From NCBI RefSeq assembly GCF_009834535.1, contig NC_045697.1, positions 94,056,001 through 94,120,000 on the forward strand: a stretch of DNA of 64,000 bases, read 5' to 3'. The stretch comes from Camelus ferus (lineage: Eukaryota). The translations under genes were made by a program, and so were the position numbers. The notes below the pieces were generated by a model. The model was given only the letters and a program-made list of their open reading frames with translations. It did not search any database and was not told the origin of the DNA. Below, piece after piece: positions 23,601 through 37,523 of the stretch (position 1 is the first letter of the stretch; each line of letters starts with the position of its first letter).

Positions 23601-26179
23601 TTAACTCTCATCTTTCACAGTTTTATAAAGCTAATATACATACATATATGCTTTCCTCTGTTACAATCACTTACTTTTCTTATTTAGTTCCCAGGTAGGA
23701 GTTATTTATTTGCATGTTATTAAGTACATTTTTGAATTCATAGACACATGGTTAAATAAAATAGTGTACATTTAAGGGCATATAGAGAAGGCAACTAATA
23801 AAAGTTATTTATATCTTTTTCAATATTTTACACTGCTTAGTAAGTGATTCACCTACTATTTAAAACAGTTTACTTGGTGCACACTTTGCATTTTATTGAA
23901 TGAACATTTATCATATTAATATCATTTATACACCTCATTTTTATATTACAGATAATTTTCATCCTCTTTCTTATTTTGTACATTGGAAGTAAATCCATAT
24001 AAGCATTTGTCCATCATGTGAGACTAACAAAGGAAGATTATCAATTAAAATATAAATAGAATTATTCAATGGAAAGGAATATCTACTTGGGAATTTTTCC
24101 TGCCTCATCATACTGAAGATTTATGGGTCAAAATTTAAATGCATTGAGTTATAAAGCCATTGTAAATAAGTCTGGAATACACAAATTCAATTGCTTATAA
24201 ATATTATTAAACATTATTCAATACTCAATGTGCCAGACTTTTTTTGAGTGAGTCTGCGTCTTTTGAAATCCATCTAATAGGAATTAGAGGAATTAGATAG
24301 CGTCATTTAGATAATATAGCATGGAAACTGCTTTGGACTATAAGGTTCATTCATTGTTCAAGATTAAGTAATACTACTGAATCAAGACTAAATTCAGCAT
24401 AATGCGAGTCAGTTTAATGTTTCCCAAAGTGTAATAGAAATCTTGGAAGTTTTATATCGAGGTCCAATAAGACTCCCTAATTACTGCATTAGTGATTTCT
24501 AATCACCTATATCAGTTTAAGGGGGACAGTATAGATTTGAAAAAATTGAACCCCAAAGTGTAATTACATACAAAAAGATATGAATAAAAACAAATTGTAA
24601 GCTAGAAAATTTGCAGATAAAAATCAGGATTTTATTTCTGATTCTTTAACTGATACATTATATGACATTATATTTAACATAATACCTAGGCACTTAACCC
24701 TATTCTTTGTTCTAGAGATACATTTCTTTTAACTGTAGGGATTGAAAAGATTATATGTGAACTTTATTTCAATAAATTTGTATAATCTGTACAATTAAGT
24801 GTTGTCCAAATTATCAAAGCTAGCTTTAAAGTCATTGAGTTCAATAAGTGATTATAAATAAATTTTCTGTGTTCTATTTTCGTGATTCTGCTGTATGGAT
24901 ACATTTGCAGATATATACATTCCATAGAGAAGCATTATATCTTTAATTTAGTTTAATTTTTAATTATAGCTATCAATTACCAGAGAAAGAACAAGCAGGG
25001 ATTATGCTTAACAGAAGAGTAAATTTATTTAACTAATGGCTACTTCATTGTCAGAAGCTGTTAATATGATAATATGGTGCTTTTCGAGAAACAGATAAGT
25101 GATACAATCAATTTTGGTCTGTTTCTTTATTTTTTAAAGTACTGGTTGTACTTTTTGAGGACAGGTTCCCATTACATAATGTAGCGAAATTAACTGTGAC
25201 ACTGTAGAGGAAATAGATGCCTATATAATGAGAAAGACATTATTTTTACTGCTTGTAAAAATGTTGTAATCTGTAGGGCTTTTTTTCTCTTTCATTGTTG
25301 GTGTTAATCAGAATCCTACAATAGATTCCAATATTTCTTGTGTTGGATGTTGAATTATATATTTTACACAAGCTAGAAAACTAACTTTAGTTTGTCATCA
25401 AGTGGTTCATATGTATGCCAATCCCTGTTTCAGCTGAAAATTGGATAATTACTACATTATTCCATAAAAGCATATTTGTAAATGTTTTTGTCGAAGTTTT
25501 CAAAAGTAAGTGTTTTGAAAAATAAAAAGAGACCTAAGCCTAGAATTAATACATAAATAAAATCAATATCAAATATATAGTTCCTGGCCTAAATTTTGAA
25601 TCACCCTGGATAAAGAAATAGCCAGGGTAGAAAGTTTCTCTCACACCTAACTAAACACCACTGGGTTTTGTTGCAGAGTGCAACATATGGTAGAAAGTTC
25701 TGAGTTAAAAATGGCAATGGTAGATAAAGTATATATAGTAAGTTGTCTTGATGATATACACCTGATGGTGTGTTTAAGATAACATACATCACATGTTAAG
25801 TTTAATCGAAATGGTGGTAGGAATAATAGGTCCATAGATATGAGAGTTAATGCTATCATTTGAGAATTGCTATCATTTTATTCTTAAAAAATGTATAGAA
25901 AACCCTGAAGGCTGACCTGTGAAATTAGTATAATTTCTTTTACCATTCATTAATCTGATGCCAGAACTAATCCCCTTTCTAGTCACTAGCAGTGTGGGTT
26001 TAGGGTTTACTTGTCATAGAATTACTCATCAGATGATTACATTGGAGGTCATGAAATCTTGATATATTTTGGTGTGAATATATCTTGATTCTTGATGTTC
26101 GTCTCAATCTTTTTGATAAGAACAATGGTAATAGAGAATGATTCTACGTAGAGTCCATAAACTCTACTAAATTATATTT

Positions 26180-26860
26180 TTTAACATTTTTTAAAATGAT
26201 GGATAATTTCAAGCTTATCCAAAAAAGAGAATAGTTTACTAAACTCTCCACATTCTCCGGTTAAACAATGATCAATTCTTGGCCAAATTTGTTTCATCCA
26301 AAAGCTAACACACGTTCTTTTCACTCAGATTTTTTAATCAAATTTAGAAACCCTAACTGTTTAACCCATTAATATTTCAGCATGTTTATTAAAAATAGAG
26401 TTTAACATAACCATAAGAACAGTACTTCTCCTAAAAAAATTTCCTTGCTATCATCGATTGTCTAGTTATTGTACAAATTTCTATAATTTTCTCATAACTA
26501 GTATTCACATTTACAATTAATTTGATCCATGATTAAAATAGGTTTATTAATAGCAACCCATTTTTATTTTTTATTTTAAAACTTTTGATTAATGTACAAT
26601 ATTCATATAGAGGAGTACAAAAATCACAAATGTAATACTCAAGTTTTCACAAAGGGAGCACACTTGTGTAATCAGTGACCACATTGACTGATTAGCCAAA
26701 ACATTACTAGTATCTCAAGAAGTCCAGCATTCTGTCCCCTTTCAGTTACTACCACCCAAGGATCTGTCTGCCACTGTCCTGGGCTCTAACCAAAGGTTTG
26801 TTTTTCTGAGTTTCAAAGTGTACATAATTTGAATAAATGAAATAGTGCAACATATTTGAG
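26180..26860 (-). mobile_element. Ancient L1M (L1MC/ME-like) 3'-end fragments
   Basis: T-rich starts followed by ataatttcaagctta...gagaatagt and tacaatattcatatagaggagtacaaaaatcacaaatgt...ttttcacaaagggagcacacttgtgtaatcag. Confidence 0.55.
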
Positions 26861-27204
26861 TTTAACTAAACTGTAGTAGCCAGTTATTCTCTTTGATAAT
26901 ATAGGGAAAGTGATTATCATAGCCTAAAATATATCAGGGTCTAAGCTAAACAGACAATTTATTTAGGACAGCTTCCCCTTGGATGTATCTCTTACTAACT
27001 TTGGCGTTCTTGTTGTGTCTGATCTTTCAGAAATGCTTGATACTTGTTGTTAAATCTTCCTAGTGATTGAAACATAATCTTCGGTTAACTTAATGGTGTT
27101 TTACAGAAACAAATATTTAAATATATTTATCTGAATACCAAATTATGACAAAAAAGTAGAAAAATTGAAATGTCTGTGTTTCACCTTTCTTTGAGTCTAG
27201 TTTA

Positions 27205-27615
27205 GAGGGTTGTGGCAAATTGGAAACTATTATGCTTGAAGGGGACGGAATAAAGTAAAGAGATTAACATTTTAGAAAATAGTCTATCTGAAGAGAGTCT
27301 AAAAGGATTGAGGGACTGTGGATTGAGAAGAAAAGGGGAGAGGTTACAAAACAAATGTTAAGTGTTTAAACAAATAATACACAGATAAGATAGTGATCAG
27401 TTAATCTGTCTTTATTGAGAGCAGAAAAGGGAAAATGGATCTATATCGCATCCTGAGAGACTTAAACTACACATGATGGGAAATATCCTGACCCTGACAT
27501 TGGTATTTGCTCCTGAGAGCTATGGAAACACATTACCTAGAAAGCTTTGCAAACTACAACGTGTGCGTATGCCAGCTGTGATTTGGTGGAATAGCACTTT
27601 CTAGCCCTGTGATGT
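27205..27615 (+). mobile_element. CR1/L3 LINE 3'-end remnant
   Basis: gatagtgatcagttaatctgtc...gagagcagaaaagggaaaatgg...gacttaaactacacat...aaatatcctgac and tail ctttctagccctgtgat resemble a diverged CR1/L3 3' end. Confidence 0.5.
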
Positions 27616-30244
27616 GTTTCCCACAGAATGCTTTTCTAACACTGGACCGACCCGGTTAAAGGAGAGAAGGGGATGAGGCTCCGTTTTACTGGAGGACAAA
27701 GGAAAGGCAATGGAGAAAGCCTGGGTTTTTATCTATTTCTTTCCCTTCTGGTTACTACATGAATGATTTCTTATCTTTCATACCTTGGAATTTTGAAAAG
27801 GAAAACTTTGGTTTCTTAAATCCTTTTTCCCCCTCACACATTGAATTGTAATGTCTAGGAACAAAAGTTAAGAAATCATAGTTTTAGAAGGAAATTTGGG
27901 AATATGTAGAGTGTAAAAACTAAGTATTAAAATGTCTATTATATATATGCAATATATAACATAAATTATGTCTATTAAAAGTATACATTACAACGTAAAG
28001 ATTTAAGGCTTCATATTATATATAATAATAATTTATAGAAGGAAGATAGGTGACTGTAGATTTTAAATATTTATATGAAAATATTTTAAATATCTTTGTC
28101 AAATATTGAATCTTTACTGAGTTGGCTTATTTCTCTTATAATAACAATTTTCCATTTTTGGCATCATATTATCTTCTGCTGAATTTTAAGGAAAATCTTT
28201 GGTGTCAGTTATTGAAATGGCTCACAAATAAAAATGAACAAACATCATTAGTGATTGAAGGTCAAGTTGCCTAACTCTCCTCAAACCTAGTAGTAATATA
28301 TGCTTTCTTAATTATTTTGTAAGATATAGCAAACAGACTATATATGCACATTGTATTTTAGGCGGATATTTTAGAGAGTAAATTAAAATGTAGCATTAAC
28401 TCGGTAATGTGGAGGCATGAAATACTCACACACTTAAGAAAGGAAAAATAATCAAATGAGGGAATTCTGTTAGCTAAACATTAAAGCCTAATTTAATAAT
28501 ACTTGCATCTGCTACTGAGTGCCTATTTAAAAGCATGAGATGATGAAATAAGACATAACACAGGCCTCACTTTCATAAATACACAACCAGTTTTACAAGG
28601 TGATAGTTATTCTCACCAATCATGGGTCATGATATAAGCTCTGTGAATTTCAGGCTATAGTAAATAATTTTTAAATTATTTTAGAATATTTCATGATTAT
28701 ATAAATGTACTCAACTTCATATAACAAAAGTTTTTTTGGTATTAGACAACGCAGAAATGCCTTTTGTTGATAAACTGGAGTAAATTCTAACTCCTTTGAA
28801 CTTAAATTAAGTTAAGGATTTGAGAAATCTTTATTTTAAAATTATATTATGAAATGGTAGGAAGATACTTATTTCTCAAATTATAACAACAGAATATTGA
28901 GTCTTATTAAATGTTACTGGGAAAGACAATTTTTTTAATGCAAGTTTGCATTAGAATTATTTTTAGGATAATATTTGACATGTAATCATTTTATTTTCAT
29001 CTCTCATAGTTGAGCTTGAAATCTAGAAATATAATTCTTGAGAATTTAAATTGCTTACTTTGTAGGAATTTTTCATAGGAATTGTGATTTCTTAATGCTG
29101 ATTTAAAAAGTGTGCTCATTTATCTAATATAGGAGAATATTACTTTTACTTTAAATAAAAATGTTTAACATAGTACATTGCTTTGAGGTTAATTTTAAAT
29201 CTATTACCTTTTACTAATCTTTTGAAGTTTTTCACATTTCAGTTACTTTCTAATTTGAGGTATAGCTGTCAGTCAGTAGGTCCTATTATTTGTCGTACCA
29301 TTCTTTCTTGGAAAGTAGTACCATGGCAGCTTGAAACTGTAAAAGAGTTTTTAACCAGATGTTTTAAGCAGGTTTTCCCAAGCTACCGACAAAAACAGTG
29401 TGACCTACATTCAAGAAAACTTATTATTGAAGACTACTGTATTGCAGGCACAGTGGTCTTCTGCTTTGTTTGCCCTAGATCTAGATTATATAAATGTTCT
29501 CAAGGCCAGCTATATAGGAAAATGATCATTGCTTGTGAACTTATCACAGACTGATGCGAAAGTAAGATCAATATCTTAATTTAAACTATAAATGTAATAA
29601 CTGAATCATTTGAAATCCTCCTGAGAGCTCTCCAAGAGAAAATACTGTGAGAACTCAGCTTGAGAAGGTAAAGGGCATCAGATCAGCTTCAGGGCTAGCC
29701 GTCACATATAGGTTCAGGCATCCTCACTTGGGGATGGCGACTGTGATACCATACCTCCTGCACAGATCAAAATAACTCAATCAGGTTGTCTCGGCGTAAT
29801 CTGCTGTGGATCGTCCTAGAAACATGCAAAAACACATTTAATTACTGACAACCCCCCACCCCACTCCATACCTCATACAAACCTCCAGTCTTCCTTTGAG
29901 ATAATTTTGGGAAAAAAAAAAAAGAATGAACCAACCTCGGGCATATTACAATACAAGTGAAAAATTTTCCACTTCCTTCACCGTGTATGTGAAGCACAAG
30001 CTGCTCACTTAGTTGGATTGTGGTGTCCTTAGACCTGAAAAATAGTCTTATTATTTTCAGGTTAGGTTTCCCTAAGCATCACTCATTTATTCATTTTGAC
30101 TTTATGATATCTTGGAGCTTTTCATTTCACAGGATTTTATTTTCTGATTATGATCTCAAAATATGAGTGTTCTTCGTTTGGACTCGTCGCCTACTGCAGA
30201 ACTCCAAGAGTGAGTCTTTATACTGGTCCTCATGTCAGAGAAGT

Positions 30245-30465
30245 GATGTGTAGTTAGGAACTCCAGTATAGGACCAGTCTGCCAGGGTTCAAATACTCCT
30301 CCAGCCAGTTCCTAGCTGTGTGACCTCTATAATTTCTTTAACCTTCCGTAACTCATTTTCCTCATTTCTGACATAGATCCTCAAAAGCTCATTGTGGAGA
30401 TTAAATTATTTAATGTATTCAAAGCAGTGAGTGCCGGGCCCAAAGGAAGCACTCATTAAGTGTTC
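30245..30465 (+). mobile_element. MIR SINE
   Basis: gggttcaaat...ctagctgtgtgacct...ctcattttcctcatttctg...attgtggagattaaat...gcactcattaagtgtt. Confidence 0.8.
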
Positions 30466-32189
30466 AAGGCAACTATATATTCAGTTAAAATTGGAACAAT
30501 GACATCAGCCTGGGTATGGAGAAAATTTAAATTCTGCGTTTAAATAGAACTAATTATGCTTTCTTTTCTTCCCAGAGAAAAATCAGACTCCAAATGTTCT
30601 TTCCATGATATATCACTATTTTACATCTGCAGTATGTGTTCTTTCACGGAATGCATGTGTCTTAGAAGTACATATCCCAATTTTTCTTTTTCATCTGTGA
30701 AACCAATAAAATGGACAGAATAGAACCAGAGGTATAATGCCCAGTAAAGACTAAGTTTTGCTTGTTTTAGAACGATGTTAGCCACAAAGCATGAATATAA
30801 CTTTAAAAATTTCGTATTCTCATTATTTTACTTGTGCGTTTACAATGAGTGAAGACATTTGATTACATATAACAAATAGTAAATATAATGGGACAAAAAT
30901 ACTCTTTTTTGAAATAACAGATTTTTATTTAATATAGACAGCAGCATATTATATTTGATGATTGTAAGAAAAATAAAGAAATTATATTTCTTCAGGCCAA
31001 AATTTTTAAAATGATACGAATAGATGTCTGTATCCAATTGGACTTAATCTCCACTTAGACAGCTGTACTAACTCTTTAGGGTAAATTCTGTTACTTGAGT
31101 TCTGCTATCCCTGTGGGAGAGACACAAATACCATAAAATTATCAAAGTAAATATAAAGGGCCTATTAATAAGGAAAATTGAGTCTTTCTAGAAGATATAC
31201 CAAGGATATCTATCTCTGCCATAAATCACAGTCTTTGAACATGCAGAAGTCCAAAGATTTTCCTGCCTCCTTTTTCTCCCCTAAAATCCTATTATCTGAT
31301 AAGCCTGATTGTCTCAGTCAGCCTTATATTTATGTTTTTGTAGCTTTGTCTTTCAAAGTCAGACAGAACTAACAAATGATGTCACAAGCCTATTTGAGAA
31401 ATGCCTGAAAAGCTGCCCAAATTTTACTTTCTGTTTATGGCTTATTCATTGGTTTCTCTCATGATTTTCTGATTCTCTGTGTTTTCTGTCTTCTGCCTTC
31501 CACATCAGTTTTGCATATATATCACTATTCTGCCTAAAATACAAGATGCCTAACAGCTAAGTTCCAGGGCCCAGTTGCATGCATCATGTGTTTTTATTTC
31601 TTTTTTATGTTTATGTCACATATGAGAACAAAAAATTCTCCTTTTTTAAATAAAGTAGTGAAATCTCCTGTATTTAATAGTGTTGTTTCCCAGCTATAGA
31701 AGAAAGGAAATCTTAAAAAGATTCGATTGTTTTCTCATTTAACATATCTGTGAATGATGTTGCCTTGTCACCTGTATTAAGCATTGTCTCTCTTCTCAAA
31801 ATGCACTTGATTTCAATGATTCTATGCTGTTTCAAGTTGTCTTTTTAATCTCATTAACAGTTGAACAAGATATTTATTTTATTAGAATAAAGTGGCTTTG
31901 GTTATCTTTGGGAAAGATCCCTTGGAGTGTAATCAAGGAAGTGTTTATAGAACTCTACTCTGGGGCAATATTGGAAGAATAACTGCGTGGTTTTAACTGA
32001 TAGACTGAAAGGAGTACAGAACTGCATGAACAAAAGTAGGGAATCTGAAAGCAAACAAATATGGAGAAATGAATATTCTAGGTTGCCAAATCTATAAAAT
32101 AAATTCAGCGGGGATAATAGTGGAAGTTAAGGTTTGAAAGTTATGTTTTGGACAGATTCAGACAGATTTTGAATAAAAACACACATACT

Positions 32190-32335
32190 AATAGTAGCTA
32201 ACAATTGTTAAGAACTTACTATAAGCCTGGCATTATTCTAAGAACTTTTCAGATACTAATGCATTCAAACCTTACAGTAACCAAATAAAGTAGGTATTTG
32301 TACTGTCTCCATTTTGCAAATTATAAAATTAGGAA
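32190..32335 (-). mobile_element. MIR SINE fragment
   Basis: atagtagctaacaatt...cttactataagcctggcattattctaag...taggtatt...ctccattttgcaaat. Confidence 0.7.
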
Positions 32336-32392
32336 AAAGAGATGTTGGGGAACCAGTCCATGGTGCCTGCTGGCTTATAAAGGAGAGTCAGT

Positions 32393-32760
<368 letters not shown>

Positions 32761-33108
32761 AACCACCTGATTCTAGAGTCAGCCTTTGTGATCAGTTCAC
32801 TACTTGAATCCTAGGCTTAAGAAATTGAACACTCTTCAGAGCAAAGTCAGTAAGGATTTGTTGTAGGGGATTGTATGTTTGTTTTTGTTTTACTAACAGA
32901 GTGTTACCAAACTTTGTAATAATAACCCCGATAGAGAATGAAAATGAAAGGGTTAGAGAAGTTTTGAAAAAAAATTAAAGTACTAGAATTCTAAATGTAA
33001 CAATAAAAGAAAGTAGTTATCAAGGATGGTTCTTAAGTCTTGAGACTGGATGATTGGGAGAAGACGGCATTCTCAATCTCACAATTGTGAGACAGTGTAA
33101 AAAACAAA

Positions 33109-34415
33109 TGTACTTTCTTTTTTTTTTTTTTTTTACATTTTTTATTGATTTATAATCATTTTACGATGTTGTGTCAAATTCCAGTGTTCAGCACAATTTT
33201 TCAGTCATTTATGGACATATACACACTCATTGTCACATTTTTTTCTCTGTGAGTTATCATAACATTTTGTGTATATTTCCCTGTGCTATACAGTGAGTTT
33301 ATTCTACAATTTTGAAATCCCAGTCTATCCCTTCCCACCCTCCACCCCCCTGGTAACCACAAGTCTGTATTCTCTGTCTGTGAGTCTATTTCTGTCCTTT
33401 ATTTACGCTTTGTTTTTGTTTGCTTGTTTGTTTTTGTTTTTGTTTTTTAGATTCCACATATGAGCAATCTCATATGGTATTTTTCTTTCTCTTTCTGGCT
33501 TACTTCACTTAGAATGACATTCTCCAGGAGCATCCATGTTGCTGCAAATGGCATTATGTTGTCAGTTTTTATGGCTGAGCAGTATTCCATTGTATAAATA
33601 TACCACCTCTTCTTTATCCAGTCACCTGTTGATGGACATTTAGGCTGTTTCCATGTTTTGGCTATTGTAAATAGTGCTGCTATGAACATTGGGGTGCAGG
33701 TGTCATCCTGAAGTAGATTTCCTTCTGGATACAAGCCCAGGAGTGGGATTCCTGGGTCATGTGGTAAGTCTATTCCTAGTCTTTTGAGGAATCTCCACAC
33801 TGTTTTCCATAGTGGCTTCACCAAACTGCATTCCCACCGGCAGTGTAGGAGGGTTCCCCTTTCTCCACAGCCTCTCTAGCATTTGTCATTTGTGGATTTT
33901 TGAATGACGGCCATTCTGACTGGTGTGAGGTGATACCTCATTGTAGTTTTGATTTGCATTTCTCTGATAATTAGTGATATGGAGCATTTTTTCATGTGCT
34001 TTTTGATCATTTGTATGTCTTCCTTGGAGAATTGCTTGTTTAGGTCTTCTGCCCATTTTTGGATTGGGTTGTTTATTTTTTTCTTATTGAGTCGTATGAG
34101 CTGCTTATATATTCTGGAGATCAAGCCTTTGTCGGTTTCACTTGCAAAAATTTTCTCCCATTCCGTAGGTTTTCTTCTTGTTTTATTTCTGGTTTCCTTT
34201 GCTGTGCAGAAGCTTGTAAGTTTCATTAGGTCCCATTTGTTTATTCTTGCTTTTATTTCTTCTAGGAGAAAAATTTTTAAATGTATGTCAGATAATGTTT
34301 TGCCTATGTTTTCCTCTAGGAGGTTTATTGTATCTTGTCTTATGTTTAAGTCTTTAATCCATTTTGAGTTGATTTTTGTATATGCTGTAAGGGAGTGTTG
34401 TGTACTTTCTTTTTT
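33109..34415 (-). mobile_element. Young 5'-truncated LINE-1 (about 1.28 kb: ORF2 C-terminus, 3' UTR, poly(A)) in intron 4
   Basis: Minus-strand ORFs 33876..34226 and 33447..33824 are L1 ORF2p ([33 protein letters not shown]). Poly(T) at about 33118-33134. Target-site duplication TGTACTTTCTTTTTT at 33109-33123 and 34401-34415. Confidence 0.97.
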
Positions 34416-35369
34416 AAAGTAAGATTTTTAGAAGTAAAAAGTAGGTACTAGAAAAGATGATATGTAAAAATACTAGTAGATTAAGATACAGCAGGGGCTA
34501 TTGTTGGATAGGAAAGATTTGATCAAATGTACGTGATCTTTAAACACTTTAAATATGCTATTTTAAATGCTATAATTAAAATTGTTTCTATGTCCTCACT
34601 ATTTCTGTGACTTGCAGATCAGATGTTCCTAGGGTGAGATTTACTTGTGTCTCTCTCTGAAAAAATAATCCCTGAAGCAGCATTTTGTTAAAAAAAAAAA
34701 AGACATATATAAATCCTATATAAATCTTATAAAGTCAGTTTATTATTAGTCTGTGATCATTGTATGCCTTATTTTCCTTTGTTAAAATTTGTAGAAAAAA
34801 ATGCCCCATGCTTTTCTGTATGTTCCTAGCTTTTACCGCTGCTGACCAGACCTGAGGCTTAGGACAGTAGGACAGAGTCACTTCCCGTAGCTCTTATCAA
34901 CCATGTTTTTTTTAATCACAATTATCCTTAGAGTTAAGTTATCAGCCAAAAAAAACATCCAGGCAGTCATTTTGACTACAAAACATTTTGTCACTGTTGG
35001 AAAACTTAGGGTGATGGAATGCAAACTATTTCCAGATATGTGGAGTGTAAACCCTGGATCCTCGACTGGAGTCTGAGAGAAGACACAGGCATACTTCCTT
35101 TTGCAGCCCCAAACCCAGTCTTTTCTGCCTAATTCACCAAAATTAATGAAAACCCCTCTCCTTTTCCATCTGGCTTCTATTGTCAAATAATTAGAGGAGT
35201 TACTTGTATTTATAGACACTTGACTTTAATATTCTCCTCTTTAAAGATTTTAAGAGGTTTTTCTGTTTCAGCCGCAATAACATTTACATATTTATTAGCT
35301 TTAAAGGTTTTTTTGTTTAAATCCTGCCTGTGTTTTTTGCTTCCTGCCGTTCAATGACCGTCAGTTTCT

Positions 35370-35745
35370 TGATACGCTGTTTTTCCCAGGCTCTTGTACT
35401 CTGACACATTCCACTCTCCCTCGGGAATGCGCTCTCATTTACAAAACCACCTCCCACCACATCTGCTTGGCCATCTTCTCATCAATCAAGATTCAACTCA
35501 TTTTACCTTTAATGAGAAGCCTTCCTGGACAAAGAGATAAATATATTCTTCTTGTAACTTCTTATAGATTTTTATATGTAATTGCTGTTTTCAAAATACC
35601 TTATAAAACAGTTGTTAGCCCATTGGACTGTTAGATCTTTTAGAGAAGAATCCATGTGTGTTTATTTTAGAGTCTCAAGTCCCGGAACCTTGTCTGCCTC
35701 AAAGCAAACACCCATAAATGCTTATTAGACTGCATCAACGAAACG
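35370..35745 (+). mobile_element. LINE-2 3'-end remnant
   Basis: tcaagattcaactca...gagaagccttcctggac...ggactgttagatctt...ccatgtgtgtttatt...ataaatgcttattaga follows the L2 3' pattern. Confidence 0.6.
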
Positions 35746-37387
35746 GTAAAGGAAACAAACATCCTGAAACCAAAGAAGCAAGTGCCTTTTTTTTCCTTTT
35801 TAGTTACCTAGGTATCTTCCCGATTTACCTAAATTGATACAATTATAGTACTCTCTGAACGGCATAACAAGCAAATAAACAGCCCCTCAAAACCTAAACA
35901 TTTCCACTTCTAACTTACATTCCCTTGGATTTCATCATCTTTCAACCTTCCATGATTTTCATGTTCTTTTATTCTGGCCTTACCTGTGCTAAGACTAGTT
36001 CTTTTGTTCTTTTTTTTTTCCTTTCCCTTGATCACTTTCTTTCTGATAATTCTTTAATCCTCATATTTCAATATCACCAACTGCTAGTTTTACTAGTTTA
36101 TTTCTTTTCAATTGTCTGTCACATATAATTGACAGACACACGTAAATGTTAAATAAATACGAAGTAATCTAAAATGAACATAGAGGGGGATCCATCGCAG
36201 ATATGTGAGTGTGAGCAGGAGATTGTTGATAGCACAGCATAACTCTGACTGGACGCACTTTGTCTAGCTCTCCTCTAGGTCTCTGGGGTTTTCATGCAAC
36301 TGTTTTTAAGTCTTTGGTATTTTTACTTATCATCATTATAGCATTCCTTATTTTCACACTTTTTCTGTATGGCATTGTCGCAACTAATGAGTATCTCAGA
36401 TGCTTCTTTGAAATAATGATACAAAATTTTGATTTTGTTCTATAAGAACTTGATTATGAGACATGTAGGTAGGTTTGTACATTAGTCATATTTTAAGAAC
36501 AATATAGATATATTATATATAAGTATACATTCTCAGTGTTATTTAATCGGAATCTCTTACTGGCCTTACCAAAGGTTGATTATTTATAGTTTGAATTGTT
36601 TCCTAGAAGTATTTTTCATAGATAGTAAATGTATAACATGACTTATTTTTATTTACTTTATTAGGCAGTTAAATATTTGCAGTAATTAAGCTGAACCTTA
36701 ACCAAACACAAAGCATAAAGTTATGGGATGTAGTATAACTGTTTAAGGATTTAAATCTTGTCATTTAATTAGAATATGACTAAAATGACTTTTAATATTT
36801 AACAAGCATGACACGATTTTATTATAACAACTTAGCGTTTTTCTGATTTTTTAAAGCTGAGTTTGATTCACTGCTTATCAGTTTTCAAATCTCTAATTAT
36901 CTTATTCTAGATTAAATTGAAGGAGGTGGTTTAATGAGTTTCTAAGATAAAACCAAAATTAGAATGATACTTAGGCTTAAATTTTAGAATAAATAATAAA
37001 ACATTTTGTTTTTATGCAAAAGAGAAATAACATTTTATCAAATATGCTATAAATGTATCTCACAAAAGCAAAGATTTCACTCAAAACCAAGATTAAAATT
37101 TAATCATAATACAAAGAATTTAAATGGCAATTAAGATTATGTTCACCTATGATGACAGATAACTGATTTTCATGTTTTATTTTTATTTTTATCTCCTTTT
37201 GAATTCTGACTTCTTAATTTTAAAATCACTTTACATGAAAATGTATACAAAATTTATTACATGAAGTACAGTGCTACCAAATAATTAAAGAATACAGTGC
37301 AACATTTTTCTAGAAAACACAACATAACATTCTCTTCTGTGTTAACTAGTATTATCTGTGGTATTATGTAGCTGATGCCTTGAGGAT

Positions 37388-37523
37388 GAGGTTTCCAGGT
37401 TTATCAAATAAAAATACATGACACCCAAATATTGCATGGGGTGTATGTATACTAACAAATTAGTCATTGTGTATCTGAAATTCAAATGTAACTGGACTGC
37501 CTGTATTTTATCTGGCAACCCTG
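37388..37523. mobile_element. MER53-like hAT MITE with an internal deletion
   Basis: Ends tatctgaaattcaaatgtaactggactgcctgtattttatctggcaaccctg. The left end aggtttccag...aataaaaataca is the degenerate inverted terminus. Confidence 0.8.
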
